A DNA stretch of 64,000 bases, from positions 186,813-250,812 of the forward strand of contig CP157796.1 of NCBI GenBank assembly GCA_040112665.1, given 5' to 3'. The position numbers and the translations under genes were made by a program. Under the pieces are notes generated by a model, which saw nothing but the letters and a program-made list of their open reading frames with translations, was not told where the DNA came from and did not search any database. Position 1 is the first letter of the stretch. Each line of letters starts with the position of its first letter. This document shows, piece after piece, positions 63,898-64,000 of this stretch. Origin of the DNA: Oceanicaulis sp. GTDB taxonomy: Bacteria; Pseudomonadota; Alphaproteobacteria; Caulobacterales; Maricaulaceae.

Positions 63898-64000
63898 TCA
63901 GTCCGGCTGAGCGTCCTGCGCGGTCGTCACCTCGGCCATGACCCGCTTGAGCAGCATGGCGCTCACTGCGAGGACCGTAAAAGTCACGGCGTCGATCCAG
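63898..64000 (-). CDS. 3' end of an unidentified gene (partial)
   Basis: The open frame to the window edge reads ...WIDAVTFTVLAVSAMLLKRVMAEVTTAQDAQPD*. Too short to assign. Confidence 0.25.
   Translation of the reverse strand, partial: WIDAVTFTVLAVSAMLLKRVMAEVTTAQDAQPD

Noticed and set aside
61022-63910. 962-aa plus-strand ORF
   Set aside because: It is a shadow ORF opposite putA, which carries clear PRODH and ALDH motifs.

Overview
This is a high-GC (roughly two-thirds G+C by eye), densely coding alphaproteobacterial chromosome segment. I call about 60 CDS and one SRP RNA, and I saw no rRNA, tRNA, CRISPR array, transposase or integrase.

Gene order:
1. An iron-type TonB receptor / DUF3325-like / PepSY operon.
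2. Housekeeping and peptidase genes: DPP-IV, ettA, msrC, dcp, YHS protein, def, rmuC.
3. A DgcN-DgcA (D-glutamate) pair.
4. An 11.7 kb cell-cycle/motility supercluster bracketed by ctrA and chpT. It holds ctrA, a KamA-family radical SAM gene, fliI-fliJ, an orphan exported protein, and cheR-cheB-cheY-cheW-cheA.
5. M23 peptidase, dienelactone hydrolase, a halohydrin-dehalogenase-like SDR, clpB, a membrane-anchored cytochrome c, nudC, two tandem small OMPs, ffs and dnaX-ybaB.
6. A ~15.9 kb, 12-gene envelope/secreted block that separates ybaB from recR. It holds two tandem TadG-like vWA proteins, an SDR, a fatty-acid-hydroxylase family protein, a Cys-rich secreted miniprotein, an AurF-like diiron oxygenase, an L,D-transpeptidase, a second TBDR, a PQQ sugar dehydrogenase and a penicillin/AHL-acylase.
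7. recR and putA.

Non-gene signals:
- Six GANTC (CcrM-type) sites are packed into 124 bp upstream of ctrA.
- CtrA-box-like motifs and a recurrent CCGTTAAC octamer occur only in spacers: ctrA, the che operon, both TadG-like genes and an orphan gene with a perfect TTAA-N7-TTAA.
- A Fur-like 21-mer is shared by the siderophore receptor promoter and a small orphan ORF.
- A phased TGCAAC hexamer array sits in front of the Cys-rich gene.

I did not find a convincing multi-gene novel operon such as a defence system. The best candidates for something undescribed are:
- the CtrA-tagged orphan TadG/vWA pair inside the ybaB-recR insertion;
- the Cys-rich secreted protein next to two oxygenases;
- the KamA-like enzyme embedded in the ctrA-flagellar-che cluster;
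- the halohydrin-dehalogenase-like protein that lacks the catalytic Tyr.

All identifications come from motif and sequence recall. No searches were run.
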